From NCBI GenBank assembly GCA_049512075.1, contig JBEKXL010000007.1, forward strand, positions 1 to 64,000: a stretch of 64,000 bases of DNA, written 5' to 3'. A program made the position numbers and the translations under genes. The stretch's first letter is position 1, and each line of letters begins with the position of its first letter. Shown here in pieces: positions 10,126 through 19,843 of the stretch. The notes below the pieces were generated by a model. That model worked only from the letters and a program-made list of their open reading frames with translations. It did not search any database and had not been told where the DNA came from. Source of the stretch: Candidatus Bathyarchaeia archaeon (GTDB taxonomy: Archaea; Thermoproteota; Bathyarchaeia; Bathyarchaeales; Bathycorpusculaceae).

Positions 10126-11241
10126 TCAACCCTTCAACACGTCTAACACGCTATGCGCGTCACCCGAACAAATATGCCTCGAAATCTTCTTCCACTTGCC
10201 AAGCTTAGATATCTCGGACATAAGCGGTACCCTATACGTATCTATCTCGTCCCCGTTCACTCGAGCAAAGCTGTCCGCATCTATTAGGCCATAAGGATAC
10301 CCCGGAAAGCTTAGGTCTTTTGAATTGTTCGCCAAAGCTGAAGTGACACAGCAGAAGTCTTCCTCACTCATTCGCCTGGCCTGTTCGCCGTAGATTTCGT
10401 ACCTGAAAACATAGTTGGCACTCTCATGCAGCTTGACCACGTATATGAAGGCATTATGCTGCACGTTAGCGACCCTAGCTATCGGTATACACCAAGGGCC
10501 GTTTACCTTGTAGTCTTCGGCCAACTTCTGCACGGCACCCAAGAGTGAAAGACCAGTAGTCGTGAACAGCGTACTCGTTTTTGAAATCCCAGCGAAAATG
10601 ACTCCCTTCTCCATCGCTGCCTCCAACGCCCGCGCCATGTACGTCTGCTCATTAGTTAGACTCGTCTGCAAACTGCCGTCATGGACTATCAAATCACCAT
10701 TCTCAAGCTCATTTTCAATAACATGCTTGGCAAACTCCCACTCAGCGAATCGCCGCGCGACAGAAGCAACATGCCTTATGTCTGCCCTCTGAGTTCCAAG
10801 CGTGACTGTTCTGTCAACGGAACTGAACGACAAGTGCCTATCTTCAGGAATCAAGCCCTCGAGCTCAACTCTCAAAGGAAAGAGTCGGGTATCATAGAAT
10901 ATTTCGTCATTTCTAAAATCAGACATTGTAGCAGAATAGAACTCTATCCTTCTAGGCAAGGACTTGGGGAGGATTCTGTCCCGCCCCTTGAAGATGTTGA
11001 AGTATATCCTATTTATCTGAGCCGAGAAGTTGGGTGCACCGAGTATTTCTTGGTTTCCGCCGTCCACGAAAGCCGTGCGGATTTTCGGTTCGGCATCTTT
11101 GATCAGAACGAAACTCGCAGGAGGAAAAGGCAATGTTTCATAGCCTGGATTGCCGAAATACGGTTGACCCACATCTTCCTCCCCTATCTTCGAGTCCAAA
11201 AACTCGGCGATTCTCTTAAAAACCTCCGCGGACATTTGCAC
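10126..11241 (-). CDS. nurA: NurA 5'-3' nuclease
   Basis: VDGG, E, DGSL, ISK, GYPYGLIDA motifs; first gene of herA-mre11-rad50 operon. Confidence 0.9.
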   Translation of the reverse strand: MQMSAEVFKRIAEFLDSKIGEEDVGQPYFGNPGYETLPFPPASFVLIKDAEPKIRTAFVDGGNQEILGAPNFSAQINRIYFNIFKGRDRILPKSLPRRIEFYSATMSDFRNDEIFYDTRLFPLRVELEGLIPEDRHLSFSSVDRTVTLGTQRADIRHVASVARRFAEWEFAKHVIENELENGDLIVHDGSLQTSLTNEQTYMARALEAAMEKGVIFAGISKTSTLFTTTGLSLLGAVQKLAEDYKVNGPWCIPIARVANVQHNAFIYVVKLHESANYVFRYEIYGEQARRMSEEDFCCVTSALANNSKDLSFPGYPYGLIDADSFARVNGDEIDTYRVPLMSEISKLGKWKKISRHICSGDAHSVLDVLKG

Positions 11242-11796
11242 GTCACACGATGTATTCTGAATTCCTTCGTTAAAAGCATATTCTTAACGAAGATAGCAAG
11301 ATTCTCGAGGTCACCGACACGCGCTAAACCATTGTTATTTGTACTGCCTTCTTTTTAGCCCACGAAGTATTAGCTTGTCGGAGCAGACAATATGACGTTA
11401 ATCTTAAAGCGACCGCGCTGGTCGGCGTGGCGTGCCTAGCTGATATGTCGGACAACGTAGAAAATGTTTTAAAGAGGCAATCCAAACGCTCAAGAACAGT
11501 TTCAAATTGTTTTCTTTGAGTGTCAAATTGGCCATGAAGATTATCAGAGTCTGAGAAAAAAGCCACTGCTTGCAGCAAGACATCGTCTTCTCAGTTTCCG
11601 GCACTTGAGTTTTTTTCAACCTCGTAGCGTGCGCCAATATAATCATTGTCTGAGAAGTTTCGCGATGAGCCAGGGGTTTTGAAAAGGAAAAAATGGGACA
11701 AGCATTGGCGTAATCTAAGCTTGGAAAGAAAAAGAGCTGCGATTTGAGCCCGACCCATTGGGGAGACACGTCTCGCGCATCTGGATCCGAAATCGC

Positions 11797-12201
11797 TTAC
11801 TTGGCCACTTTGGTCACGAAGTGAATCGAGAAAAGGTGACCCGCGTAGGAAATAGGTACGAGAATGACTGTCGTGTCCACCGTTTCACCGCCTTTCTTCT
11901 TGAATGTCAACTGGCTGGTTGAGGCTACCATTTTCTTCATTGCTTCCCAGTAGGCTGAAGATAGTGTTTCCCGACTTTTCTCGGCGACATACACCTCCAG
12001 AAAACCTGGTATTCCAGCCCACTCCTGTGGCGACTTGAAGCCCAAAAGAGCTGCAAATCTGCTGTTACAGGCTTTGTGATTGTCGTCTAGGTAGAGGAAA
12101 ATCGGCTGCTCTGACGAATCCATGATTACCTTCATCTGATCGTAAAGCCCCTTCACGAGCTCCTCGTGATGTACCTCTGATGTTTGCGTTTTTTTCGACA
12201 T
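11797..12201 (-). CDS. PAS-like domain hypothetical protein
   Basis: IMDSSEQPIFLYLD...CNSRFAALLGF resembles a PAS fold. Confidence 0.65.
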   Translation of the reverse strand: MSKKTQTSEVHHEELVKGLYDQMKVIMDSSEQPIFLYLDDNHKACNSRFAALLGFKSPQEWAGIPGFLEVYVAEKSRETLSSAYWEAMKKMVASTSQLTFKKKGGETVDTTVILVPISYAGHLFSIHFVTKVAK

Positions 12202-12303
12202 TATTTCTTCACCTCCACTATCATCTTGATCGAATTTTCGAATGTATTCTACTGTTTCTTGAGATTCAAAAAAGGAGAAAAATCTGGAGTTGTCGTTCGG
12301 TTT

Positions 12304-12696
12304 CTACTTTCTCGCTGTCTTCTTTGCATGCTCGCTGATCTGATGCACCTCTTTAGTGAAAGTGTCATAGTTGTATTGCAGGGCGTGTAGCATTGCGCTC
12401 CATCTTGCCGTGTAACTTGCAAGAAACGCCACTTCAGCCATTTCATCCTGTGTGGCACCATTGCCAACGGCCATTGCCGTGTGCATTAGGGAGCAGTAGG
12501 GGCATTTGATGTTGGCAGAGATTGCCAGTCCGATGAATTCACGGTATTTGGCTGGAATCTTGGACTCTCCAAGCTGGTATTTCTTCATTAAGGGCCAGTC
12601 TTGCATCAACACGTCCTTTGGAATGGCTTTCATGAAGCCGGGAACAATTCCAAACGTCTGCTTGATGTCTTCAAGGGTATCCTCATATTTTCCCAT
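12304..12696 (-). CDS. carboxymuconolactone decarboxylase/AhpD-family protein
   Basis: KYREFIGLAIS...KCPYCSLMH. Confidence 0.9.
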   Translation of the reverse strand: MGKYEDTLEDIKQTFGIVPGFMKAIPKDVLMQDWPLMKKYQLGESKIPAKYREFIGLAISANIKCPYCSLMHTAMAVGNGATQDEMAEVAFLASYTARWSAMLHALQYNYDTFTKEVHQISEHAKKTARK

Positions 12697-12786
12697 TATG
12701 ATTCACCTCCTACTAATCTTGTGCCACGTTCCCCATTAGCGCGCGCGATTTTTCTTCACTGATTCACTCACAACGTGTATGAGTGC

Positions 12787-12963
12787 CTACGCTTCCTTGA
12801 TCAATTTCTTTAGTTCTGATTGCGGAGTGTTCAACATTTCAGGGTGGTGTTTCTTTGCGTGCATCATCGAATGTTCCATTATGTCGTCTTCTCCAAAGGG
12901 GGTCTTGACTGTCCATCCGCATCCTGGGCATGTGAACATCTTCATTTTGCCTTTGCTCATCAT
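12787..12963 (-). CDS. small zinc-binding protein (DUF1059-like)
   Basis: CPGCGW...HAKKHH; start adjusted to ATG after GGAGGTG RBS. Confidence 0.75.
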   Translation of the reverse strand: MMSKGKMKMFTCPGCGWTVKTPFGEDDIMEHSMMHAKKHHPEMLNTPQSELKKLIKEA

Positions 12964-12976
12964 ATCACCTCCATCG

Positions 12977-13381
12977 TCATTCATGAGTCACATGAAGTTG
13001 GTTGGAAGCTTGCTTCTTCCTTAGCTTTCTAAGGCCTTTTTCTGTAAGGCATTTACCGTGAGTCGGACAGTATTTTTGGGAATGAAAAGTAAACAGTTTA
13101 AAAAGAGGCTCCACTGTTTCGCGGTTTAATGAGTAGATACGTTGTTTTTCCTTTCTTTCTGAGAAAACAAATCTGCATCTTTCCAGAGTTGTCAAATTAT
13201 GAGATATCATACTCTGTTCTTGCTTCAGGCTTTCTGCAATTTCTGTAACGCTTCTTGGTTTCTCGCGTAGAACCTCTAGAATCGCCAGTCTTGTTGGATT
13301 TGCCAGAGCTTTAAAAAACACGTAGCATATCTCGGATAGTCCTCGCTTCATCCACGTCAACTCACATGCCAACTTCTTCAT
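12977..13381 (-). CDS. ArsR/SmtB transcriptional regulator
   Basis: FKALANPTRLAIL...SVTEIA...QSMISHNL. Confidence 0.92.
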   Translation of the reverse strand: MKKLACELTWMKRGLSEICYVFFKALANPTRLAILEVLREKPRSVTEIAESLKQEQSMISHNLTTLERCRFVFSERKEKQRIYSLNRETVEPLFKLFTFHSQKYCPTHGKCLTEKGLRKLRKKQASNQLHVTHE

Positions 13382-13398
13382 ATGACAAGTTCTTCATG
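13380..13398. promoter_or_regulatory. possible ArsR-type operator
   Basis: Imperfect palindrome ATGAcaagttctTCAT between TATA-like TTATAAG and arsR start. Confidence 0.35.
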
Positions 13399-13467
13399 CT
13401 TATAAGCCTTTCCAGTGGCGCATGCCGTTCTCCAAAACTGGCCAGTAGAATCAGCCCGCTCAGTGAC

Positions 13468-14724
13468 TCAGAAAAGCGCGCGCTTGTTTCCGTTTTCTTG
13501 TCCAGATGTTTGTTCTGGGGTAGGCGAATGTGTTTCGGCGTGCGCTCGTTTCTGGCTTGAAACCTTCGTGAAAAGAACAGGAATAATCAGCGCGAAGGCA
13601 AGCACTGCCATGTAAAGCCATGCGGGCGAGTATCCGTACTGTACCACCAAGTAAGAAAAGAGCAGCGGAGGAAAAGAATCACCGAACAGAGAGATGCTGT
13701 TCACCCAGCTGACAGCCAGCGTTTCGTATTCCTTGTCAAGCCTGTTAGCCGCTCTCGCTGCGGAGAAGCCGAAAGTGAACCCAGTTCCAGCTGCCAAGCC
13801 GACTAGGACACCGGCCAAGATTGCCGAATAGACTGTACCAAAGAAAGCTACGCCCACCCCGACAGCCATAAGGACACCTGAGGCCAAGAGCAGCTTCTTC
13901 GTATTACCATACCTGTCAAACAGCCTCCCGGCGAACGGAGCCGATGCGAGCGCAAAGAGCGAGACCAACGACGCGATTGCTCCGGCCTCTCCGACATTCA
14001 CGTTAACCACGCTCTCAAGGTAGTAAGCCATGAAACTGCTGTAAACAGTCGACCCCACCTGAAGACCCAACATCGCAACCGACAGCACGATCAGCCACTT
14101 GTCCAGCAGAACGAGCCTCAAGTGACGGAGTTCCACCGTGAAGTCCGAGCGTCGACTATCCTTCGGCACCAGAAACCACAGCAAGACAGACGTGAACAAA
14201 CCAAGTAAACCACCCGTCACCAGACTATTCCTCCATCCGACCCCTGCCGCCAGCACCGCCAAGCCAGAAAGCCCCACGGCACCACCAAGACTGAAAGCCG
14301 AATTATAAAGTCCCACACCCAACCCCTCCGACCCCTCATGCAAAAACCTGGCCATCAGAATAACACCCGGAGCGAACACAAAAGCCATGCCCAACCCGAC
14401 AAAAAACCGAAGAACCGCTATTTCGACCAGATTGCCAGCGAAACCAGTCAACAACGCAGCCAAAGATGCAATAGCCGTTCCATATATCGCCGTCAGTCGC
14501 GGACCAATCTTCGCCGCAAGAATCCCACCCGGGACCTGAAAAACCCCAATGCCAACGAAGAATGTGGCCGTCACCAAACCAAGACCAGAAACATTCTGAT
14601 TCAGCTCAGACGCCGTGAAGGTGAACACAGCGGCCAAGCTGTACCAGTTCACCGCATAGACGATTCTGCCCAAGATCAAGGACGCGACTGCAGCCCGATT
14701 GCCTACACCTCTACCCACGCCCAT
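13468..14724 (-). CDS. MFS transporter
   Basis: About 12 TM segments; motif A GILAAKIGPR and GRLFDRYG. Confidence 0.92.
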   Translation of the reverse strand: MGVGRGVGNRAAVASLILGRIVYAVNWYSLAAVFTFTASELNQNVSGLGLVTATFFVGIGVFQVPGGILAAKIGPRLTAIYGTAIASLAALLTGFAGNLVEIAVLRFFVGLGMAFVFAPGVILMARFLHEGSEGLGVGLYNSAFSLGGAVGLSGLAVLAAGVGWRNSLVTGGLLGLFTSVLLWFLVPKDSRRSDFTVELRHLRLVLLDKWLIVLSVAMLGLQVGSTVYSSFMAYYLESVVNVNVGEAGAIASLVSLFALASAPFAGRLFDRYGNTKKLLLASGVLMAVGVGVAFFGTVYSAILAGVLVGLAAGTGFTFGFSAARAANRLDKEYETLAVSWVNSISLFGDSFPPLLFSYLVVQYGYSPAWLYMAVLAFALIIPVLFTKVSSQKRAHAETHSPTPEQTSGQENGNKRALF

Positions 14725-15208
14725 CAGTCTAAACTCCCCTCGAGACCTCCGCAGACTCGTTCAAGCCTGTATACTCAAGGTTAAAACAGAGACATCTAAA
14801 TCTTCTCGAGCGCGCAGGCGCTTCACATGCTCCCGCGTTGACGCCTAAAATAGGGAATGAAAGCAGACCTGATGCTAGTACAGGACTCATTCTACCACTT
14901 CATATTCGCGTTCAAGTTGCAAGCGGAGCTTTCGTCCTCATTCTCCTTCAGCGTAAAAAGACAAAATCGATTTTGGCTCCGACGTAACAGACCGAAGCCA
15001 ACGTGATTAAACTTTTCTACATCTCCTAAGGCTGCCTTGAACTAGCTTCGTGACATGGAATTAAAGGCGCATGGGTCTGCGTACGATTCTTTCTAGGTGA
15101 GTTGGTCTCTGTCACGAACAGCCAGCTGACAGTGGCCAGACTCGGCACTGCTTCACAAGGCATAACTAGTGAAGCGTTAAAGTTGTAAGCTCGTAGAGGA
15201 GGAGACAG

Positions 15209-15370
15209 TTGCCGATTTCGAGATCCAAAATCATGCTGGTCCTTGTTCTGGCAGTGATCTGCGTCGTGATTTTGGCGCTTTTTGTCAGCCTGAACAACAA
15301 ATCCTCAGGGCAGAATGGACTTCCAACAAGAGAAAGCGCCATACCGAGGTCTGCATTCAGCGAATTTTAG
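15209..15370 (+). pseudogene. probable 5' fragment of a secreted protein
   Basis: GAGGAG RBS, TTG, then KIMLVLVLAVICVVILALFV signal/anchor; runs into the opposing pseudogene after about 45 codons. Confidence 0.4.
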
Positions 15371-15678
15371 CTACAAATTCTTGTATGCCGGAATGAACTT
15401 CTCTATTATTTTGCCAAAACCTACCTCAATAGCCCTTTTTTCAGCCGTAACGTCTGCTTAAGCCTTTCTTTTTTCCAGTTCCTTTTGACGCCCAGCAAGC
15501 TCCTGAATGAGCTGAAGTTTTTTTTCTCAGCTTCATCTGGAAAACTTTTCGTTCCATCAAATAACAGTGAATTGCTAAGTTTGAACTCTTTATCGCATCT
15601 AGGACATTGAGCAATTAGTTCAGACGTTTTCAGACTTTCGATGAACAATTCCAAATTCAAGATGGGCCCGAATATCAA
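15345..15678 (-). pseudogene. Holliday-junction-resolvase-like endonuclease, frameshifted and truncated
   Basis: CPRC N-terminus, then other frame AIEVGFGKIIEKFIPAYKNL*LKFAECRP, resembling Endonuc_Holl family; internal stop. Confidence 0.6.
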
Positions 15679-15785
15679 TCTCTTAATGACTAACTTAAAA
15701 TGACCTATGGATCTGAAAATCTGATCAGGCTTTGGTTACTGTTGTTAATTCTCTTTATTCGGGATATTTTCATGCCCTTTCACAT

Positions 15786-17366
15786 TTATTTAAAAGGCCA
15801 TTCCTTGCGGTCTGATTTCTGAGACGTTGATAGCAAATGAATTAACTCGTCCGAAGCCACATGGCCAAGCTCATTTGGTTCCAACTTGTATAAACCACCG
15901 CCGTAGACTCGTCCTTCTCTTAGTAGTTCACTTAGCGGAATGTCGTTAAGCGTTCTCCAAACGCACTCTAGTAAATCTGGATCCCTTTCTATCATTTCCT
16001 TTAGATTAGGTTTAGGATACAGCATTAGATAGACATTCGTCGCTGTGGCTAAGGACTTGTTAAGAATAAAACGATAGGGCCTTCGTTTGGCGCCTTCAGG
16101 TCTGCCCATAATATTGAAGAGAAGCGAAGCAGGCGGACGTTTCTCCTGAGAATACCATGGTGAACGGTGTCTACAAATGTAGCGCTCATTTACTTTTTGT
16201 TCGACCCCACTCTGCAAATAATTCCAGAGCGTCCGGTAGTTCGTCCTTACGATTTCCTCAGGTAGTTTGCAGGAGAGGAGGAACAGTTTTTGGTCCAAGA
16301 TCGGATTTCCTTCTAGATCAGCTTCAACTTCGTCTATGTTAAGATGTCTTGGGGGCGGTAGAACGGGTATGAGAAACTCGGGGGGAATACGAAGCTTTGT
16401 TGCTCTCTCCCGGTTCAACACAAAAAAGCTGTTGGCGCCTGTAGCTATGCCTCGCTTGACGCTGAAAAAATCCTCAAGTCTAATTGAGGCCTGTTCAATG
16501 GGTTCTTTGCAAGAGATGATTGTAAGGCGTGACCATTTGGAAAGCTGTTTTAGTCTTTTTGCGGAAATGCGCTCTGAGGTTGCCGGTCGAAGTAATGTGC
16601 CGCCATATGTGAACTCAACAGCATGATCTGGAGGCGGAGTCTTTTTTTCTATCCAAACAACTGCGGAAGAGACGAGGGCATCCTCGAATTGCCTTTCAGA
16701 AGGATCAAATCTGTGTATACGCAGAAGGGATACTTGATTTAACAAGTACTCTTTTACTTGTCTACCGTAATTGACATCCATGAATTCACTTGGGACTAGC
16801 CATCCAGCTAAGCCGTTAGTAGTCATCCAACGATGCGAAAGCATCAGGAAATAGCAGTACAGTCCAGAATATCCGCTAGGCCTAATGCCAACAGTCCGGG
16901 TAACCATGTCCATTAGCCGCTGCTTCTCACACGTTGTCATACCGTGGTGGCGAACATAAGGTGGGTTGCAAATAATCAGATTGAACCTTTCCTGTTCCGA
17001 ATTAGGTGGAGAAGCATGTGTGAAGTCACAGAGTTGGAGGTCCAGTAAGGAATCGTCATTCCAGAGTTCCGTAGCAGCGCGCCAATAGTTCTCGTCTATT
17101 TCAAAACCAACTGCTTTTCTGATGTTAGTTTGAGAGAAAACGTTCAAGAGAGTCGAATAGAATACGCCAGTGCCGAAAGCGGGATCAAGGAATCGGATTT
17201 TAGAATGAGGCGAAAAAAAAGAATGTGCATATTGCAATATTTCTGTCGCTAGTGGGGAGGGTGTAGCGAACTGTCCGAGTTTTCTGCGGGCATCTCGTGC
17301 TTTTGCGGCGTCCAAGTTTTCTTGGATTTTTAGGCGGGAACGCTCAATTAAATCTGTTGAAACCAT
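15786..17366 (-). CDS. type II N6-adenine DNA methyltransferase
   Basis: GQFATP, LDPAFGTG, ICNPPY; translationally coupled to REase. Confidence 0.93.
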   Translation of the reverse strand: MVSTDLIERSRLKIQENLDAAKARDARRKLGQFATPSPLATEILQYAHSFFSPHSKIRFLDPAFGTGVFYSTLLNVFSQTNIRKAVGFEIDENYWRAATELWNDDSLLDLQLCDFTHASPPNSEQERFNLIICNPPYVRHHGMTTCEKQRLMDMVTRTVGIRPSGYSGLYCYFLMLSHRWMTTNGLAGWLVPSEFMDVNYGRQVKEYLLNQVSLLRIHRFDPSERQFEDALVSSAVVWIEKKTPPPDHAVEFTYGGTLLRPATSERISAKRLKQLSKWSRLTIISCKEPIEQASIRLEDFFSVKRGIATGANSFFVLNRERATKLRIPPEFLIPVLPPPRHLNIDEVEADLEGNPILDQKLFLLSCKLPEEIVRTNYRTLWNYLQSGVEQKVNERYICRHRSPWYSQEKRPPASLLFNIMGRPEGAKRRPYRFILNKSLATATNVYLMLYPKPNLKEMIERDPDLLECVWRTLNDIPLSELLREGRVYGGGLYKLEPNELGHVASDELIHLLSTSQKSDRKEWPFK

Positions 17367-17368
17367 GA

Positions 17369-18337
17369 CTACACACCAAACTCAGGTAGGTCGTCTATTC
17401 TGTGTTCCCATACCCAATCAATACCTTCTGCAGCCTCATATCCAAGGTAGCCCGAGTCAAAATAACCACATAGAAACAGGATATAACGAACACGTTTTCC
17501 ATAGGTCGCCTGCAACTGGGAAATTTTGACAGCTTCTTCTTTTCGGCGTTTGTTAGGGTTAGTGAAGTCTCCAGCTGATTTGGCTTCAATTAGTAACGGC
17601 AAGTTCCCTGCCTTGGCTTGCCTAGGCATGACGGCAACGTCCACCGGAATATTAACCTGTTTTTTTCCTCCGGTTAATGTTACGGAAATACCAAGGTGAA
17701 ATGTAAAGGTCCCGGGCTTCATTTCCTTGAAATTGACTTTTCCTGGTTCACTATAAGAGTAACTGCGCTGTTCTAACCACTTCTTTAAAGAATCAAGTTG
17801 GCGTTTTTCTTGGGCATTTCTGATAATCGGGTCGGATTGAGCCCCGCACAAACGGTCCGCGACTATCGTGGCTGCTCGATGAACATCGTTTTCATCAGGG
17901 GTAGTTCCGTTTTCAAGCCACGAAAAGATATCTTTGTCAGCAAGCTTCATTATCAGACTGCTGATTTTCTGAAGCTGCGTTTCAACTACTTCGTCGGTCA
18001 TATGCGGCGGGATTCTTCCATGGACTTCCATACTCATTACTAGTCCTTTTGGAACACCCGCCAAACCAATGAGTCTGTCACGAGCGATCGGCGGAGCAGT
18101 CGCCATGCGAAGCATTTCCAGTATTTGCGAGCTCTCTCGCAATGCACCAGAGGTAACATTTGTGAGATTACTTGATCGATCCAATGCTTCCTGCACTTGC
18201 TTAGTGGACTCACTGCGCGTATCTCGGTAAGCCTTCGGAGCGAATTTCATGAACCAATCATTGTAGAAATCAACGGACCTACTTATGTCTACTTTCCATC
18301 TGCTCGGCTTATCAGAGTTAACAGGCATGACAACCAC
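17369..18337 (-). CDS. XamI-family type II restriction endonuclease
   Basis: VNSDKPSRWK..SVDFYNDWF, PPIARDRLIGLAG, IEAKSAGDFTN.NKRRKEEA recognised as XamI family. Confidence 0.85.
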   Translation of the reverse strand: MVVMPVNSDKPSRWKVDISRSVDFYNDWFMKFAPKAYRDTRSESTKQVQEALDRSSNLTNVTSGALRESSQILEMLRMATAPPIARDRLIGLAGVPKGLVMSMEVHGRIPPHMTDEVVETQLQKISSLIMKLADKDIFSWLENGTTPDENDVHRAATIVADRLCGAQSDPIIRNAQEKRQLDSLKKWLEQRSYSYSEPGKVNFKEMKPGTFTFHLGISVTLTGGKKQVNIPVDVAVMPRQAKAGNLPLLIEAKSAGDFTNPNKRRKEEAVKISQLQATYGKRVRYILFLCGYFDSGYLGYEAAEGIDWVWEHRIDDLPEFGV

Positions 18338-18440
18338 TTACAGGAGGATCCCTTTCAGCTTAAAACTTTCGTATTGCACCCTATTAGATTTTGCTACGCT
18401 TAGCACTTGGAATGAAATTCTCTTGGTTTGAGTTAATGTC

Positions 18441-18605
18441 TAGCGCGCATGCTTGTTCCGAAATTGGTTAGAAATAGTATTCATTTTTTATAGATGGTTT
18501 GTCCATGGGAAAACCCCACTTCAGGTAAGATGTGCCGGAGATCCTATGATCTGCCATCCCTCAAAGCGGCCAGGATTTGCCCGACAAACATGCCCGCGTG
18601 CGCTA
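18441..18605 (-). mobile_element. GCGCGC-bounded wHTH mini-element copy 1 (internally deleted)
   Basis: End TAGCGCGCATGCTTGTTCCGAAATTGG; minus strand encodes QILAALRDG...EVGFSH; other end GCGTGCGCTA. Confidence 0.75.
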
Positions 18606-18767
18606 ACCGTCACCACAAACCCAGAATATTACCTGTGATGCGGCTCAGAATCTACCGAAGAAAACCTGTCCACGAACTTCAGTCTGCATGAACAAGCGCG
18701 CAACTGAGAACACTAAGCGCAAGGGTTTAATCAAATGAACGCTATCGTTAATGTAGGGCATTCGCAG

Positions 18768-19442
18768 ATGAGTCTTGACTCGGATAGGACACTGGGTGGA
18801 GTAGGCGCTCTTCTGGTCGCCGTTGGATCCTTCTTCCCATTTCTAAGCTTTGTCGGAATAATACTCGTCTTAGTCGCCATGAGAGGCCTAGCAGACTACT
18901 ACAAGGAAGACTCATTGTTCAAAAACGCGCTGTACGGCTTCATCTTCGGCATAATCGGTATCGTAGCGGCTATCGTGCTTTTCGCCGTATTCTTCTTTTC
19001 ATTTATGATAACGAACACTGCGTCGAATGGTACTGTTCCCGTGGCCGTGTTCACTGCCGTGAGTGGGGTAGGCCTTCTTGTTCTGATTCTAGTCATGGTA
19101 CTGGTTTTCTTCGTGATGCAAGCCGTGTTTTACATGCGAGCCTTTGATGTTCTCTCGGACAAATCTGGAGAGAAAATGTTCAGAACCGCAGGACTGCTGC
19201 TGTTCTTGGGCGCCATCCTAACCATAGTCCTCGTAGGCTTCGTGCTGCTCTTTGTCGGTTGGATACTAGCCACCGTGGCATTCTTCTCCATCAAAACGCC
19301 CACAACACCCAAGGAGAGGCCTCCTTTGCCCCCGACCTTTTTCTCATTCACAACAGACCAGAAGCACTGCTCGCAGTGCGGAGCAGAAAACGTAACCGAT
19401 TCCACCCACTGCAACCACTGCGGAAGGAAACTAACTCCGTAG
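18768..19442 (+). CDS. DUF996 membrane protein with C-terminal zinc ribbon
   Basis: LGGVGALL, SGEKMFRTAGLL, CSQCG...CNHCG. Confidence 0.88.
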   Translation: MSLDSDRTLGGVGALLVAVGSFFPFLSFVGIILVLVAMRGLADYYKEDSLFKNALYGFIFGIIGIVAAIVLFAVFFFSFMITNTASNGTVPVAVFTAVSGVGLLVLILVMVLVFFVMQAVFYMRAFDVLSDKSGEKMFRTAGLLLFLGAILTIVLVGFVLLFVGWILATVAFFSIKTPTTPKERPPLPPTFFSFTTDQKHCSQCGAENVTDSTHCNHCGRKLTP

Positions 19443-19601
19443 AAAAAGCCCGCCAACAAGTGCTACCGGCTTTTCTAGTGCGCGCACAATAAATACGCAA
19501 CAAAAGGAAGAGGCCGACAACCCAACATTGCGATCTTGTAATCCAACATAATGTTAGACATAAACAAAAAAAGTCGAGGGGCCAACGGTGTAGCTTTTCG
19601 A

Positions 19602-19773
19602 GCGCGCTAGAGCATTGCTAAATCGAATTGTTTGCGTTAATTTCTGCTTGCCTTCCAAGCATACTTGCGTTCCCATCAAACTTTCACATGCAGATCATGG
19701 ATGTCTGTCCAAGCCCAAGCGCGATCGAACAAGTTCATGTCAATTCCCTGAATTTAGCAACACGCTAGCGCGC
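19602..19773. mobile_element. ~170-bp mini-element with ~23-bp imperfect terminal inverted repeats
   Basis: GCGCGCTAGAGCATTGCTAAAT ... ATTTAGCAACACGCTAGCGCGC. Confidence 0.6.
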
Positions 19774-19843
19774 GACAGGCACTATGCAACGGCTTATATC
19801 CGCGAACGCCCAACATCTCCTTTTCTAAGGAGAACAATCTCGC

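Noticed and set aside
11324-11769. Short ORFs upstream of nurA
   Set aside because: Overlapping and without recognisable motifs; likely non-coding or decayed.
19520-19562. Possible integron attC (CCAAC...GTTAGAC)
   Set aside because: No convincing paired L/R boxes, not repeated, and no integron integrase in the window.
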